In this document: piece by piece, positions 1 through 9,390 of the stretch
Layout: every line of letters begins with the position of its first letter
How positions within the stretch are numbered: the stretch's first letter is position 1
NCBI GenBank assembly: GCA_964514975.1
Contig: CAZESS010000002.1
Coordinates: 32,001 to 96,000, forward strand
Direction: 5' to 3'
Origin: an uncultured Thermoplasmatales archaeon
GTDB taxonomy: Archaea; Thermoplasmatota; E2; UBA202; DSCA01
Length of the DNA stretch: 64,000 bases
The notes under the pieces: model-generated
Databases searched by the model: none
Told to the model about the DNA's origin: nothing
What the model saw: only the letters and a program-made list of their open reading frames with translations
Position numbers and translations under genes: made by a program

Positions 1-384
1 GATGTCGACGAGCAGGCGCCTGGTCCGGGGGCCGTCGCCCTCGTAGAAAAAGATGCGCTGCCATGTGCCCAGCTTCAGGGCTCCATCGATGATGATGACC
101 TGGGTGGTACAGCCGATGAGCGATGACGTGATGTGGGCGTCGCTGTTGCCCTCGGCGTGCTCGTAGCCGCCGTCATGGGGGACGAGGCGCTGCAGCGCTG
201 TGAGGATGTCCCGCTGGACGGCGGGGTCGGCGCCCTCGTTGATGGTGACCCCGGCCGTCGTATGGGGGACGTAGAGGACGGCGAGGCCGTCTGAGATGCC
301 GGACTGTTCCACCAGCTTGGTTACCCGGTCGGTGACGTCGATGAGCTCCCGGCGCTGCTGCGAGCGGAGCGTTATCTCGTGCAT
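1..384 (-). CDS. yjbQ: YjbQ/UPF0047 family protein (secondary thiamine-phosphate synthase family); 3' end runs off the window
   Basis: Not in the ORF track. Manual translation from ATG 384: MHEITLRSQQRRELIDVT...HTTAGVTINEGADPAV...HAEGNSDAHI...LGTWQRIFFYEGDGPR, hallmark YjbQ motifs. Confidence 0.9.
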   Translation of the reverse strand, partial: MHEITLRSQQRRELIDVTDRVTKLVEQSGISDGLAVLYVPHTTAGVTINEGADPAVQRDILTALQRLVPHDGGYEHAEGNSDAHITSSLIGCTTQVIIIDGALKLGTWQRIFFYEGDGPRTRRLLVDI

Positions 385-497
385 GCTGTAGCATCGTGGC
401 AGGGCATAAAAATGTGGGGCTGCCGGCAGCGCATATCGGCGGATTGCGGGCGCAACGTTCTTAACTATGGTGGCTATTTGCATTGGCGAGGAATACC

Positions 498-1760
498 ATG
501 GGAAAAACCTGCGCTGAAAAAATATTGAGCAAGCATGCCGGCCGGGATGCCTCGGCGGGCGAGATCGTGACGATTCAACCGGACCATCTTTTGACGCATG
601 ACAACACGGCGCCCATCACCGCCAAGATAGAGGATGAACTGGAGAGGTACGGTGTCGCTGACCCCGACATGCCGGTCATCGTGCTCGACCATGTCGTGCC
701 TGCGGCCAACGAGAAAACGGCGACGAACCATCAAAAGATACGGGCGTTCGTCCAGAGGCACAACATCCAGCATTTTTATGATGCCGGGACAGGCATCTGC
801 CATCAGGTCGTCGTCGAAAAGGGGCTGGCGCTGCCCGGCGGGGTGGCACTGGGCTCGGACTCGCATACCTGCTCCTATGGCGCCGTGAACTGTTTTTCGG
901 CGGGCATCGACCGGACGGAGGCTGCAGCGTTGATGCTCACCGGGGAGACCTGGCTGAAGGTCCCCGAGAGCGTGAAGATGACGCTTCGCGGGAAGCTGCA
1001 GCGCGGGGTCACCGCCAAGGACCTCATCTTGCACATCATCGGTGACGTGTCGGCGTCGGGCTGCTCCTACAAAACCGTCGAGTTCCACGGCGACGTCGCT
1101 TCGTTGAGCATATCGGAACGGTTCACGATGGCGAACATGGGCGTCGAGATGGACAGCAAGGGCGCCATGTTTCCCTGCGATACTGTCACGGAGACATATC
1201 TCAAGGAGCACGGCGTCGCCCGTGACGCCTATGAGCCGGTGTGGGCTGACAGCGATGCCTGCTATGCCTCCGAGCATTCCTATGACGTGGACGACATCGT
1301 GCCGATGATTGCGGCGCCGCACCGCGTGGACAACGTCAAACCGGCGGCGGATCTCTCCGGGATGGACATCCATCAATGCTACCTGGGGACCTGCACCAAC
1401 GGCCGCCATGTGGACCTGCGGGCTGCGGCGGAGCTCCTGAACGGCGAGGTCGTTGCGAACAACGTCCGCCTGGTGGTGGCGGCGGCATCGCGCGCCGAGC
1501 TGAGCAGGGCCATCCATGACGGCACCATCGACATCCTCAACGAGGCGGGCGCAATGATTTTGCCGCCGGGCTGCGGCCCCTGCCTGGGGGCGCATCAGGG
1601 CGTGCTGGCTCCCGGCGAGCGATGTCTGTCGACGGCCAACCGGAACTTCAAGGGACGGATGGGCTGCAAGGATGCAGAAATCTACCTCGCCAGCCCATTG
1701 ACCGTGGCTGCCAGCGCGATCCATGGCGAGATTACCGACCCGCGGGAGGTGACCCAATGA
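498..1760 (+). CDS. leuC: 3-isopropylmalate dehydratase/homoaconitase family large subunit
   Basis: DHVVP, GICHQ, GSDSHT, GTCTNG, PGCGPCLG, STANRNF motifs. Exact substrate uncertain. Confidence 0.9.
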   Translation: MGKTCAEKILSKHAGRDASAGEIVTIQPDHLLTHDNTAPITAKIEDELERYGVADPDMPVIVLDHVVPAANEKTATNHQKIRAFVQRHNIQHFYDAGTGICHQVVVEKGLALPGGVALGSDSHTCSYGAVNCFSAGIDRTEAAALMLTGETWLKVPESVKMTLRGKLQRGVTAKDLILHIIGDVSASGCSYKTVEFHGDVASLSISERFTMANMGVEMDSKGAMFPCDTVTETYLKEHGVARDAYEPVWADSDACYASEHSYDVDDIVPMIAAPHRVDNVKPAADLSGMDIHQCYLGTCTNGRHVDLRAAAELLNGEVVANNVRLVVAAASRAELSRAIHDGTIDILNEAGAMILPPGCGPCLGAHQGVLAPGERCLSTANRNFKGRMGCKDAEIYLASPLTVAASAIHGEITDPREVTQ

Positions 1761-2248
1761 CGATATGGTGCTACGGCGACGACGTCAACACCGACCAGCT
1801 GTTCCCGGGCAAGTACACCTACACCTGTAGTACGCCCGAGGAGATCAGGCCGCATCTGCTGGAGGACCTGGATCCGGATTTCGCAGATGGGGTTGAAGAG
1901 GGTGATATCATCCTGGCCGGCGACAACTTTGGCTGCGGCAGCAGCCGCGAGCAGCCGGTCGTTGGATTAAAAGCCGTCGGGATACGGGCCATCGTGGCGA
2001 AGAGCTTCGCCCGTATTTTTTACCGGGCCGGGCTCAACCAGGGGCTCATCCTGGTGGAATGCCCCAAAGCGGTTGACGCCTATGAGGAGGGCGACGACGT
2101 CGAGGTGGATGTGGAGAACGGGACGGTGGCCGTCGGCGGCGAGACGTTCAGCTTTCCGCCGCTGCCCGACCGTATCCTGGCTATCCGCGAGGCGGGCGGC
2201 CTGCTGCCCTACACGCGGCAGGTTCTGAAAGGGGAAACGGAACGATAA
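1757..2248 (+). CDS. leuD: 3-isopropylmalate dehydratase family small subunit
   Basis: DDVNTDQLFPGKY, NFGCGSSRE, SFARIFYR; ATGA overlap with the large subunit. Confidence 0.9.
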   Translation: MTIWCYGDDVNTDQLFPGKYTYTCSTPEEIRPHLLEDLDPDFADGVEEGDIILAGDNFGCGSSREQPVVGLKAVGIRAIVAKSFARIFYRAGLNQGLILVECPKAVDAYEEGDDVEVDVENGTVAVGGETFSFPPLPDRILAIREAGGLLPYTRQVLKGETER

Positions 2249-2293
2249 TCGTTTCCTTTTTTTCTTTCCATCGGTGCCGTTTCTGGTGCTGGT

Positions 2294-3088
2294 TTATTCG
2301 TCGCTGACGAGGGCATACCAGTCATCGGCGTTCCGGGCTTTTTTAAGGCGTTTCTCAGCGAGCCGTGGCCGGTAAAATCCGGAAACAAACCGCGGCAGAC
2401 TGTAATAATCCGTTCTGTCGGAAGACAGGGGGAAACTCTCCCATATCCATTCATCCGGCAGATCAGGATGGGCGGCTTCGAAGCCTTTCGCCCAGGCGAC
2501 GAAGCCCCACCCGGCGACCTGCTCCACGGTTTCATGAGAAATGTCCTGGACGAGTGCGAGCACCTCAAGAAGCAGGTCGACGTCCTGTATTTCTAGGTGT
2601 GGTGTGGTCCCAAGATAGGATTCGGTTTCCCGGTACCGCGTATGCTCCTCGATGCAGTGGAGAAATGCCTGTGGCGTAGGCGCCGTCACTATATCAAGCC
2701 ATGGGCGGCTTCGGAGCCCTACGGTAGCGAGGAAGCGCCGAATCTTCAGGGGAACGGCATCCAGCCGGGGGTCTGACCATCCTGGCTCAAATGTGCCCTC
2801 CATCCCTCTACATTTCTCTGCCAGCGAGGGTGTGTGTTTCACATAACATGCAAGGGCGTAGACATGTTTGCAGGGAAACATCTCGTCCGGACAACTGCAC
2901 GAAGAGGTATGGACCGGTGTGAGAGCTATCTGGACATCATAGTTATGGGTACCCCTGACTGTAGCCCTGATGTATCTGTCGTCGATACTGATGTTTCCGA
3001 CCTGCCCCTGCTCAAAATACGTTCTACCTCTCTCAGCTCGTCCACCCTGCCGTGTCGTGAGTTTTATAAGCCATGCTGTTTGAGACAT
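2294..3088 (-). CDS. SWIM zinc-finger domain protein
   Basis: RGRTY...V ATVRGT..Y...CSCPD..PCKHVYAL (CxC-x-CxH SWIM motif); lower GC than flanks. Confidence 0.8.
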   Translation of the reverse strand: MSQTAWLIKLTTRQGGRAERGRTYFEQGQVGNISIDDRYIRATVRGTHNYDVQIALTPVHTSSCSCPDEMFPCKHVYALACYVKHTPSLAEKCRGMEGTFEPGWSDPRLDAVPLKIRRFLATVGLRSRPWLDIVTAPTPQAFLHCIEEHTRYRETESYLGTTPHLEIQDVDLLLEVLALVQDISHETVEQVAGWGFVAWAKGFEAAHPDLPDEWIWESFPLSSDRTDYYSLPRFVSGFYRPRLAEKRLKKARNADDWYALVSDE

Positions 3089-3101
3089 GCAGCCCCCTCG
3101 T

Positions 3102-3542
3102 TCACTCCAAAGGTTGATACTGTTCGGGCGGTATCCCGGTTTTGTCTACCACTATAATGGTACCGTCCGACGAATCGGCTTCTTCAGTATTCAGTAGCTT
3201 GGTGACGAAATGCCATTCGTCCCCATAATCGAAGAGATAGAGCATCTTTTTTCCTTTCCGGTCATATACCTCCTCTACAGTGGTTTCCTCAACGCTGCCA
3301 TAATCGCTCTCCATGTCCATGTCTGCGAAGAGCTCGTATCCCTCCTCCGCTTCCGTGTATCGTGGCGCGTCATAGAACCCGAAAGGATGGTCGAAGTGGA
3401 AGCCAATGCTGTCATTTATCGCCCTCGCAAAACGATACAGTGTTGTGTCCCCGGGCATCCTGAATGTTCTCGAAACCACTCCCTCAACCTTGCCGAACGA
3501 GTCAGCCATGGTCACTTTCACGAGCAGCATATTCTGAGGCAT
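3102..3542 (-). CDS. plasmid pRiA4b ORF-3 family protein
   Basis: RTFRMPGDTTLYRFARAI...FDHPFGF...YLFDYGDEWHF...PPEQY. Confidence 0.8.
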   Translation of the reverse strand: MPQNMLLVKVTMADSFGKVEGVVSRTFRMPGDTTLYRFARAINDSIGFHFDHPFGFYDAPRYTEAEEGYELFADMDMESDYGSVEETTVEEVYDRKGKKMLYLFDYGDEWHFVTKLLNTEEADSSDGTIIVVDKTGIPPEQYQPLE

Positions 3543-3613
3543 AAAAGAGTAAATGGTGTGCGTTGCTAAATATCTTTACCCCGTACGGGAGACCATGGTT
3601 TTCTCCTCGCTGG

Positions 3614-3799
3614 CTACTTGTCGGAGAACAGCTCGCCGGCGTGCCCCCAGTTGGAGGGCTCTATCTCGCGGATGATGACGTAGACGGAGCCCGGGTCCTT
3701 GCCGGCGACGTCTTGCAGCGTTCGGGTGAAACGGCGGGTTATCTCGGCTTTTTGCTGGTGGGACAGCCTGCCCAGCGTTTTGAGTTCCACAACTGGCAT
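3614..3799 (-). CDS. 4-oxalocrotonate tautomerase family protein
   Basis: 61 aa, N-terminal Pro, QKAEI...VYVIIRE..NWGHAG. Confidence 0.9.
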   Translation of the reverse strand: MPVVELKTLGRLSHQQKAEITRRFTRTLQDVAGKDPGSVYVIIREIEPSNWGHAGELFSDK

Positions 3800-3832
3800 A
3801 CTGCTGTATCACATCCGGGTATTCAAGCTTTG

Positions 3833-4450
3833 CTACACGACATCAAGCAGCCGGATGCCATCCACGGCCAGCCATCCGGCCATGACGAGGAGGAGGACGG
3901 CCAGCAGCCGGGCAACCAGCCGGTAGCCATGGCCGACGAGGAGCCGACGGGAGCGCGACGCCAGGATGGCGACGGCGAGCTTAGCGCCGATGAGACTGCC
4001 GTAGAACGCGATGAGGAAGACAACCGCGGTCCCGGCATCGCTCATCCAGGCGTCGACCAGGAGCGGGGCGCCCACCGAGAACCAGAAGAGATAGGGATTC
4101 GGGTTGAGCACGTTGGCGGCGATGCCCTTGAACAGCGACCGCGGCGGCTCGTCATCCGCCGGGATTTCAACGGAGAAACTCCGGTATGCAAGATAGCAGA
4201 GAAACAGGCTGCCGGTAAGCGAAATGGCGCCCAGGACGCCGTGGAACGCAGCCAGCTGGGCGAGCACCAGGACCGTAATGGCAACGATGGGGGCATCGCT
4301 GAACAGCGGAGCAACGGCGACGCGCATGCCCGCCCGACGGCCATGCCGGATGGCTTCGCTGACCACCAAGGTGAGCAACGGGCCGGGGAGCAGACCCGCG
4401 GGCAGCCCGAGCGCGATGCCTTTGACCAGCAGGGCCAGGTGGGGTTCCAT
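3833..4450 (-). CDS. LysE family translocator
   Basis: PGP motif, G...SDAP, NVLNPNPYLFW; hydrophobic. Confidence 0.85.
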   Translation of the reverse strand: MEPHLALLVKGIALGLPAGLLPGPLLTLVVSEAIRHGRRAGMRVAVAPLFSDAPIVAITVLVLAQLAAFHGVLGAISLTGSLFLCYLAYRSFSVEIPADDEPPRSLFKGIAANVLNPNPYLFWFSVGAPLLVDAWMSDAGTAVVFLIAFYGSLIGAKLAVAILASRSRRLLVGHGYRLVARLLAVLLLVMAGWLAVDGIRLLDVV

Positions 4451-4499
4451 GGGTGGCAACATCGCGGGGCTTTAAATGGTTTCACCGTCGGCCCGGGTT

Positions 4500-5630
4500 T
4501 CAGGGCTCGTAGCCGTAGGCGTCGAAGACGGGGCGCCACCGCTGGTAGACACGTTCCTTGGTCTCCTCGTCGAGATGGTAGGCGTCCGGCGTGAAGTCGA
4601 ACTGCCGGTCGATGTATGCGCTGGACATGGGGGCTGCCCTGTCGAATCCGGGGAGGTCGAGCGCTTCATAGACGTGGCGGGTTTCGTTGAGCGGGTCGGC
4701 AATGAAGTCCTGGTAGCGGATTTCGGTGAGCTGTCCGTCGGGTATCAACCCGCGGTCGCTGAGGTATCTGGTGAAGAAGCGCTGGTAGAAGTCAACCATG
4801 TGCTGCTCGAGCTCGTCCTCGCCGGGGGGATTCTGCAGGCAGTAGAGGGGGACGGCGATGCGCATGAACTTGAGCATTGAGGCGTAGACCTCGTAGGGAT
4901 GCCGGTGGATGTGTATGAAGCGGGCGTCGGGGTACATGTCGAGGAGCAGGGGGAGGTGAACGGTGTTGTCCTGGTTTTTGAGTACCAGGCGTCTGCCGCC
5001 GGTGGCGAGCGTGATTTTCTGGAGCAGATAGTGATATGCCTGGCGCCATTCTTTCTGTACGGCGGGGGATTGCTCGTCGATGAAGACGCCGTCGTAGTAT
5101 GCGGTCATCCGGCGGGGGAAACACCAGCCGTGGTAGAACGAATACGGTGTGTAGGCGCCGACGGCGTACTGGTCCTCCTGGGGCAGGTCGGCGCCCATGT
5201 CGACGTCGTCCATCGGCCGTTTTTGGGGGATGCTTTTGTCGACGACGGGTTTGAACTGGCGGTTCCACATGAGGAACAGGCCGGGGATGTATGCCTGGAA
5301 GGTTGTGAACCAGGCGAACTGCGGATCCTGTGACAGGATGTTGTGCAGGTAGGTGGTACCGCTGCGCCAGTGGCCGATGATGAATACGGGGTCGTGCTCT
5401 ATCTCGGTGGCCTGTATGGCGTCGTGGTATTTGACGTGCTCGGCGAGGCGGAAGGGCGCCATGACGCTTGAGAGCAGGAGCGTGTACAAAAAGCGAGGGA
5501 GGTATCGCCATCCGATGCGGAAGCGGTTCTGGGCGAGGAGGCGGAGGAAGTTGAGGAGATTGCTGCCGGCCAGCGGCTCTTTGGTGAACTCGAGGAGCTG
5601 TGCTGTGCCCCCGGGTGTCGTCCCCTGCAT
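4500..5630 (-). CDS. sulfotransferase family protein (Sulfotransfer_3-like)
   Basis: PVFIIGHWRSGTTYLH 5'-PSB loop, LVLKN, FIHIHRHPYEVYAS, IRYQDF. Confidence 0.85.
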   Translation of the reverse strand: MQGTTPGGTAQLLEFTKEPLAGSNLLNFLRLLAQNRFRIGWRYLPRFLYTLLLSSVMAPFRLAEHVKYHDAIQATEIEHDPVFIIGHWRSGTTYLHNILSQDPQFAWFTTFQAYIPGLFLMWNRQFKPVVDKSIPQKRPMDDVDMGADLPQEDQYAVGAYTPYSFYHGWCFPRRMTAYYDGVFIDEQSPAVQKEWRQAYHYLLQKITLATGGRRLVLKNQDNTVHLPLLLDMYPDARFIHIHRHPYEVYASMLKFMRIAVPLYCLQNPPGEDELEQHMVDFYQRFFTRYLSDRGLIPDGQLTEIRYQDFIADPLNETRHVYEALDLPGFDRAAPMSSAYIDRQFDFTPDAYHLDEETKERVYQRWRPVFDAYGYEP

Positions 5631-5685
5631 CCTGCTGGAACTCCCCGGATGTTATATATTTTGTGCGCGCTGCCCCTGCATCTGT

Positions 5686-5880
5686 TTGAGGTCGGCGATG
5701 GTGGCGAAGTCGAGCAGGCCGACATCGCTGACGGCCAGGACGTGGAAGCGGTCGACATCAACGGTGTGCAGGTAGCAGGGCATCGACAATGTGGCGCCGA
5801 CCTCGTCGCGGAGCTTGATGAAGGGATGCTCGTGGGCGAGCAGCAGCCTGCCATCCCCGGGGACGTCCCCGGCAGGCCAT
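5686..5880 (-). pseudogene. diverged fragment of the 3' end of the metallophosphoesterase gene at 9391-10116
   Basis: 5686-5771 matches 9410-9495 (13 mismatches in 86 nt by eye). The next block encodes AHEHPFIKLRDEVGATLSMP. Carries a 99-nt internal deletion and frameshifts. Confidence 0.85.
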
Positions 5881-5907
5881 GATGGTATGCCGCCGGAAGG
5901 GCGATAT

Positions 5908-7575
5908 CTATGTGGCGTCTTGCCGGTACACGATGGTTCCGTTGAAAATGGTCATTGCAACCGCTGCCGTGTCGATGCCCGCTGCCGGCTTTTCGAAAAT
6001 ATTTTGGTCCAGCACCACGATGTCTGCTTTTTTCCCCGGCTCGAGGGTGCCGACCGTGTCCTCCATGAAATTCTGTATCGCCCCGCCGGAGCAGTGACAT
6101 CGGATTGCCCGCTTGAGGTCCATCCGTTGCCGTGGCTCGTAGGATTGTTCCGTGCTGTCGTCGGGGTCTTTCCGTGTCACGGCGGTGCCGACGGCGATCA
6201 GCGGGTTCATGGTGCTGGAAACGGTTCCCCATGGCCAGTCCGATCCAAAGGAAACCATGGCACCTTTGTGTATGAAATCTTCGATGAGATATCGCCGGTC
6301 GGCCCGTGTCCGCCCCATGAGCGGTATCGTCTCGTCGTAATAGTTTTCGTCCATGTAAAACCAGGCCGGCTGAAAACAGGCGATGACACCGAGTTTTGGA
6401 AACCGCTGTATGTCGGTTTCGCTCACGATTTCCAGATGCGCCAGGGTGTGCCGTGTATCTCTCCCGCCATTCTGTTCAGCGGCATGGACAAGGCCGTCGA
6501 GTGCCTCCCTGGTTGCGCCTCCCCCGATCGAGTGAACATGTATCTGGACGTCATGTTTGTCCAGCGCGGCGGCAATGTGCTTGTACTCGTCCGGGCTCCA
6601 GACCGGGCTCCCTCGATAGTTTTCCCTGTCCTTGTATGACTCCAGCAGGAAACCGGTGTGTCCCTCGACGGCGCCATCCATGAAAATCTTGGCGACCCCG
6701 AGTTTGTATCGGGTTCCATGGCCAACGGTTTCGCGGGCGCGGAGCATGTCAGATATCTGCTTGATGCCCTGTGAGGGGTCGCAGACATAGCTTCCATGGA
6801 GCCGGATGGTGAGCTCCCCATTGTCGTCCATCTCTTTTACTGCCTGGAAGGCGTTCCACTGGTCCGTGTTGAGGACGCCGGCGTCGAACACCGAGGTTAT
6901 CCCGTGCTGCGCCGCTTTCCGCATATAGGTTTTCAGTGCCTGTTTCCAGTCTTTTTTGGTTGGCTGGGGAAGCCTGGTGGTAACCAGTCGGATCGCCGGC
7001 ATTTCACGGAGACAGCCCCATGGCTCCGCTGTGCCGGGATGTCGTTCGATATGTCCGCCATCCGGGTCAGCCGTCTGTTTTGTGATCCCGGCGACGTCCA
7101 GTGCCTTTGTGTTCACCCAGCAGGAATGATAATCGATGGAGAGGAAATAGGCAGGGATGTCCGGCAGGATGTCGTCCAGTGTTTCTTTGCGGGGACCACA
7201 GGATGGAAACGGTGAATGTATCCATCCAAACCCGAAAATGTGTGACGCATCTTGATGCTCTTGTGCATACGCCTGGATGGTTTTCACGTATTCCTGTTTG
7301 CTGGATGCACCGGTTAAAAGACAGCCGTTCATCAGCCGTCCGCCCATCAAGGCGTGGCAGTGGGCGTCGCAGAAGCCCGGGAGAACAGCGTGCCCGTCAA
7401 CGTCGATAACCCGGGTGTCGGGCCCGGCCAGGGATGAAACATCGTCGGGGTCTCCGACATACGTGATATTGTCATCCTTGATAGCGAGCGTGGTAACGAA
7501 TCGGTCCTCGTCATCGAGCGTGTAGATGGTGCCATTTGTGAGGACGATGTCGGCATCGTGTTGTGATTCTGTCAT
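5908..7575 (-). CDS. amidohydrolase family 3 (YtcJ-like)
   Basis: PGFCDAHCH, KIFMDG, HVHSIG, HTLAHLE, FGSDWP, GTLEPGKKADIVVLD. Confidence 0.9.
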   Translation of the reverse strand: MTESQHDADIVLTNGTIYTLDDEDRFVTTLAIKDDNITYVGDPDDVSSLAGPDTRVIDVDGHAVLPGFCDAHCHALMGGRLMNGCLLTGASSKQEYVKTIQAYAQEHQDASHIFGFGWIHSPFPSCGPRKETLDDILPDIPAYFLSIDYHSCWVNTKALDVAGITKQTADPDGGHIERHPGTAEPWGCLREMPAIRLVTTRLPQPTKKDWKQALKTYMRKAAQHGITSVFDAGVLNTDQWNAFQAVKEMDDNGELTIRLHGSYVCDPSQGIKQISDMLRARETVGHGTRYKLGVAKIFMDGAVEGHTGFLLESYKDRENYRGSPVWSPDEYKHIAAALDKHDVQIHVHSIGGGATREALDGLVHAAEQNGGRDTRHTLAHLEIVSETDIQRFPKLGVIACFQPAWFYMDENYYDETIPLMGRTRADRRYLIEDFIHKGAMVSFGSDWPWGTVSSTMNPLIAVGTAVTRKDPDDSTEQSYEPRQRMDLKRAIRCHCSGGAIQNFMEDTVGTLEPGKKADIVVLDQNIFEKPAAGIDTAAVAMTIFNGTIVYRQDAT

Positions 7576-7605
7576 GTTTTTTCATCTCCCGCCGGAACAG
7601 GATGG

Positions 7606-9189
7606 TCACTCCGGGCTGGGTTTCGGCAGTGGTTTTTCAGATGTGGAGAAGATCTCCTCGAAGGTATCTCGTTTTTTGATGACCGCGATAATCTCGTCCT
7701 CGTCGGCCAGCACCCGGGCGGGCCGTGGAAACGAGTTGGTGTTCGCCGCGAAAAAGCTGGGGTCGTATGCCCCCGTGTGGTAGCAGCCGAGGATGTCGCA
7801 TCTCTCTGGCTTCCGCTGGAGGAATACCTTGTATTTGGATATGATGTCGCCGGAGTAGCACAGGTTCCCGGCGAGGAAGGTTTCAAATGGTTCATCGTCT
7901 GTCCTGAACGGGTCGTTCAGCACCGTCCAGTGGTTCACCGGGGGAAGCAGCATGGCGGTTGCAAAGTTTGTCACATTGGCTTCAACCGTCGTAAGATAGT
8001 GGTGCTCCGCCACGCTTCGGACATGGCTGACCTGTACGAGCGTGATGCCGGAGTCCTCGGCGATGCTCCGGCCGGGTTCGATAACCAGCTTGGGGTCTCC
8101 CAGCTCATGCAGTGCCTCTTTGAACGGCAGTTTTTGTCCGTTGACGGTTATGGAGCCGGTTAATACCTCTTCAAGCATTTGTTCCCTTGGATAGTCGGAA
8201 TACATTTTTTCTCCGCTCCACTCCTCGGGGTTGATGGTTCCGTCTTTTTCTACCGCCAGACCGCCATGCTCGTTGTTCCAGACAAATGCTTTCGAGTGGT
8301 CGCCCTGCTGCCCGGCAAGATATCCGGCTTTCACCCGGTCGACGAGATAGGTCCATTCTTTTTTGTTCACATATTCCGCGGGAAACCCTCCGCCGATGTT
8401 GACAACCCTGCAGTCTCCGCCTTCCTGCTCGAGCAGGTGGCACAGTTCGATCAGTTTGCCGATAGCCGTCAGGTATGCCGACGGGTCGGCTATCTGGGAG
8501 CCGACATGGGTATGGAACCCCTGCATGTCTAGATGCGGAAAGTCATCGAGATTCCGGATGATATCGGGGACGTGTTCGATGTTTTCACCGAATTTCGACC
8601 AGACCCCTGCGGTAAAGATATTTGCGTCGGTCACTCCCTTCATGGAAAAACCGGCGATGCGGAGGGCAACACGTGCCCGTTTCCCCTCCTGTGCTGCGAC
8701 GCTGTTGATGTTTTTCATTTCCTCGTAGCTATCCGCGATGAAGAACATGTTCCGCCGTACCCCTTCATGGATCAACGCGTCGGATTTCGCGTTGCCGTTG
8801 ACATCGAGGTCTTCCGGGTCTACGCCTCCCTGCAACGCTGCTTTCATCTCGTTTATGGATGCAACATCTGCACCGATGCCTTCGTTGGCGATGAGTCGAA
8901 ACACCGCGGGATGCGCGTTTACTTTTCCGGCGAACCGGATGTGGCCGTTCGGGTAATGGGCATCGAAAACACGCTTGAACCGTCGTATGTTCTCCCGCAG
9001 TATCGGGGCATAGAAAATATGTAGCGGGACACCGTATTCCTGTTTCCACCAGGAGAGCGGCTTGCCCGCGATTTCAATCTCGCCATCGGATGCCCGGACA
9101 AACCCCATCTCGTCAACCTTGAGCGTGCCCCACTCGAATCCCGCTTCCTCGTTCCGCTCGGGAATTCCCGCGTATTTGCCAAAATTCAT
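7606..9189 (-). CDS. fold-type III PLP-dependent decarboxylase (LysA/ODC family), atypical
   Basis: FAGKVN (PLP Lys), SKFG, HVGSQ, NIGGGF, EPGR, GNLCYSGD, TGAY. Confidence 0.8.
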   Translation of the reverse strand: MNFGKYAGIPERNEEAGFEWGTLKVDEMGFVRASDGEIEIAGKPLSWWKQEYGVPLHIFYAPILRENIRRFKRVFDAHYPNGHIRFAGKVNAHPAVFRLIANEGIGADVASINEMKAALQGGVDPEDLDVNGNAKSDALIHEGVRRNMFFIADSYEEMKNINSVAAQEGKRARVALRIAGFSMKGVTDANIFTAGVWSKFGENIEHVPDIIRNLDDFPHLDMQGFHTHVGSQIADPSAYLTAIGKLIELCHLLEQEGGDCRVVNIGGGFPAEYVNKKEWTYLVDRVKAGYLAGQQGDHSKAFVWNNEHGGLAVEKDGTINPEEWSGEKMYSDYPREQMLEEVLTGSITVNGQKLPFKEALHELGDPKLVIEPGRSIAEDSGITLVQVSHVRSVAEHHYLTTVEANVTNFATAMLLPPVNHWTVLNDPFRTDDEPFETFLAGNLCYSGDIISKYKVFLQRKPERCDILGCYHTGAYDPSFFAANTNSFPRPARVLADEDEIIAVIKKRDTFEEIFSTSEKPLPKPSPE

Positions 9190-9390
9190 ACATGAAATGT
9201 TAACCGTGTTTAATTATCTTTGCACGACACAATAAAATGTTTTGTTTTTAAACGTATACCCGGGTGATGGACATCCTTATTCAACACAGCACATGTTCCA
9301 CAACAGGGGCCAACGCGGTCACACGGGTACGGCCGGCGACATCATCCAGCGCCCCTGACCGGCATGATACCTCAAAAAGAGGGCAGACAT

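Noticed and set aside
474-1757. Long antisense and alternate-frame ORFs (e.g. 474-1757, 11118-12566, 34506-36020, 40640-41767, 44635-46344, 54701-55957)
   Set aside because: Shadow ORFs of well-supported genes in GC-rich DNA, with no family motifs.
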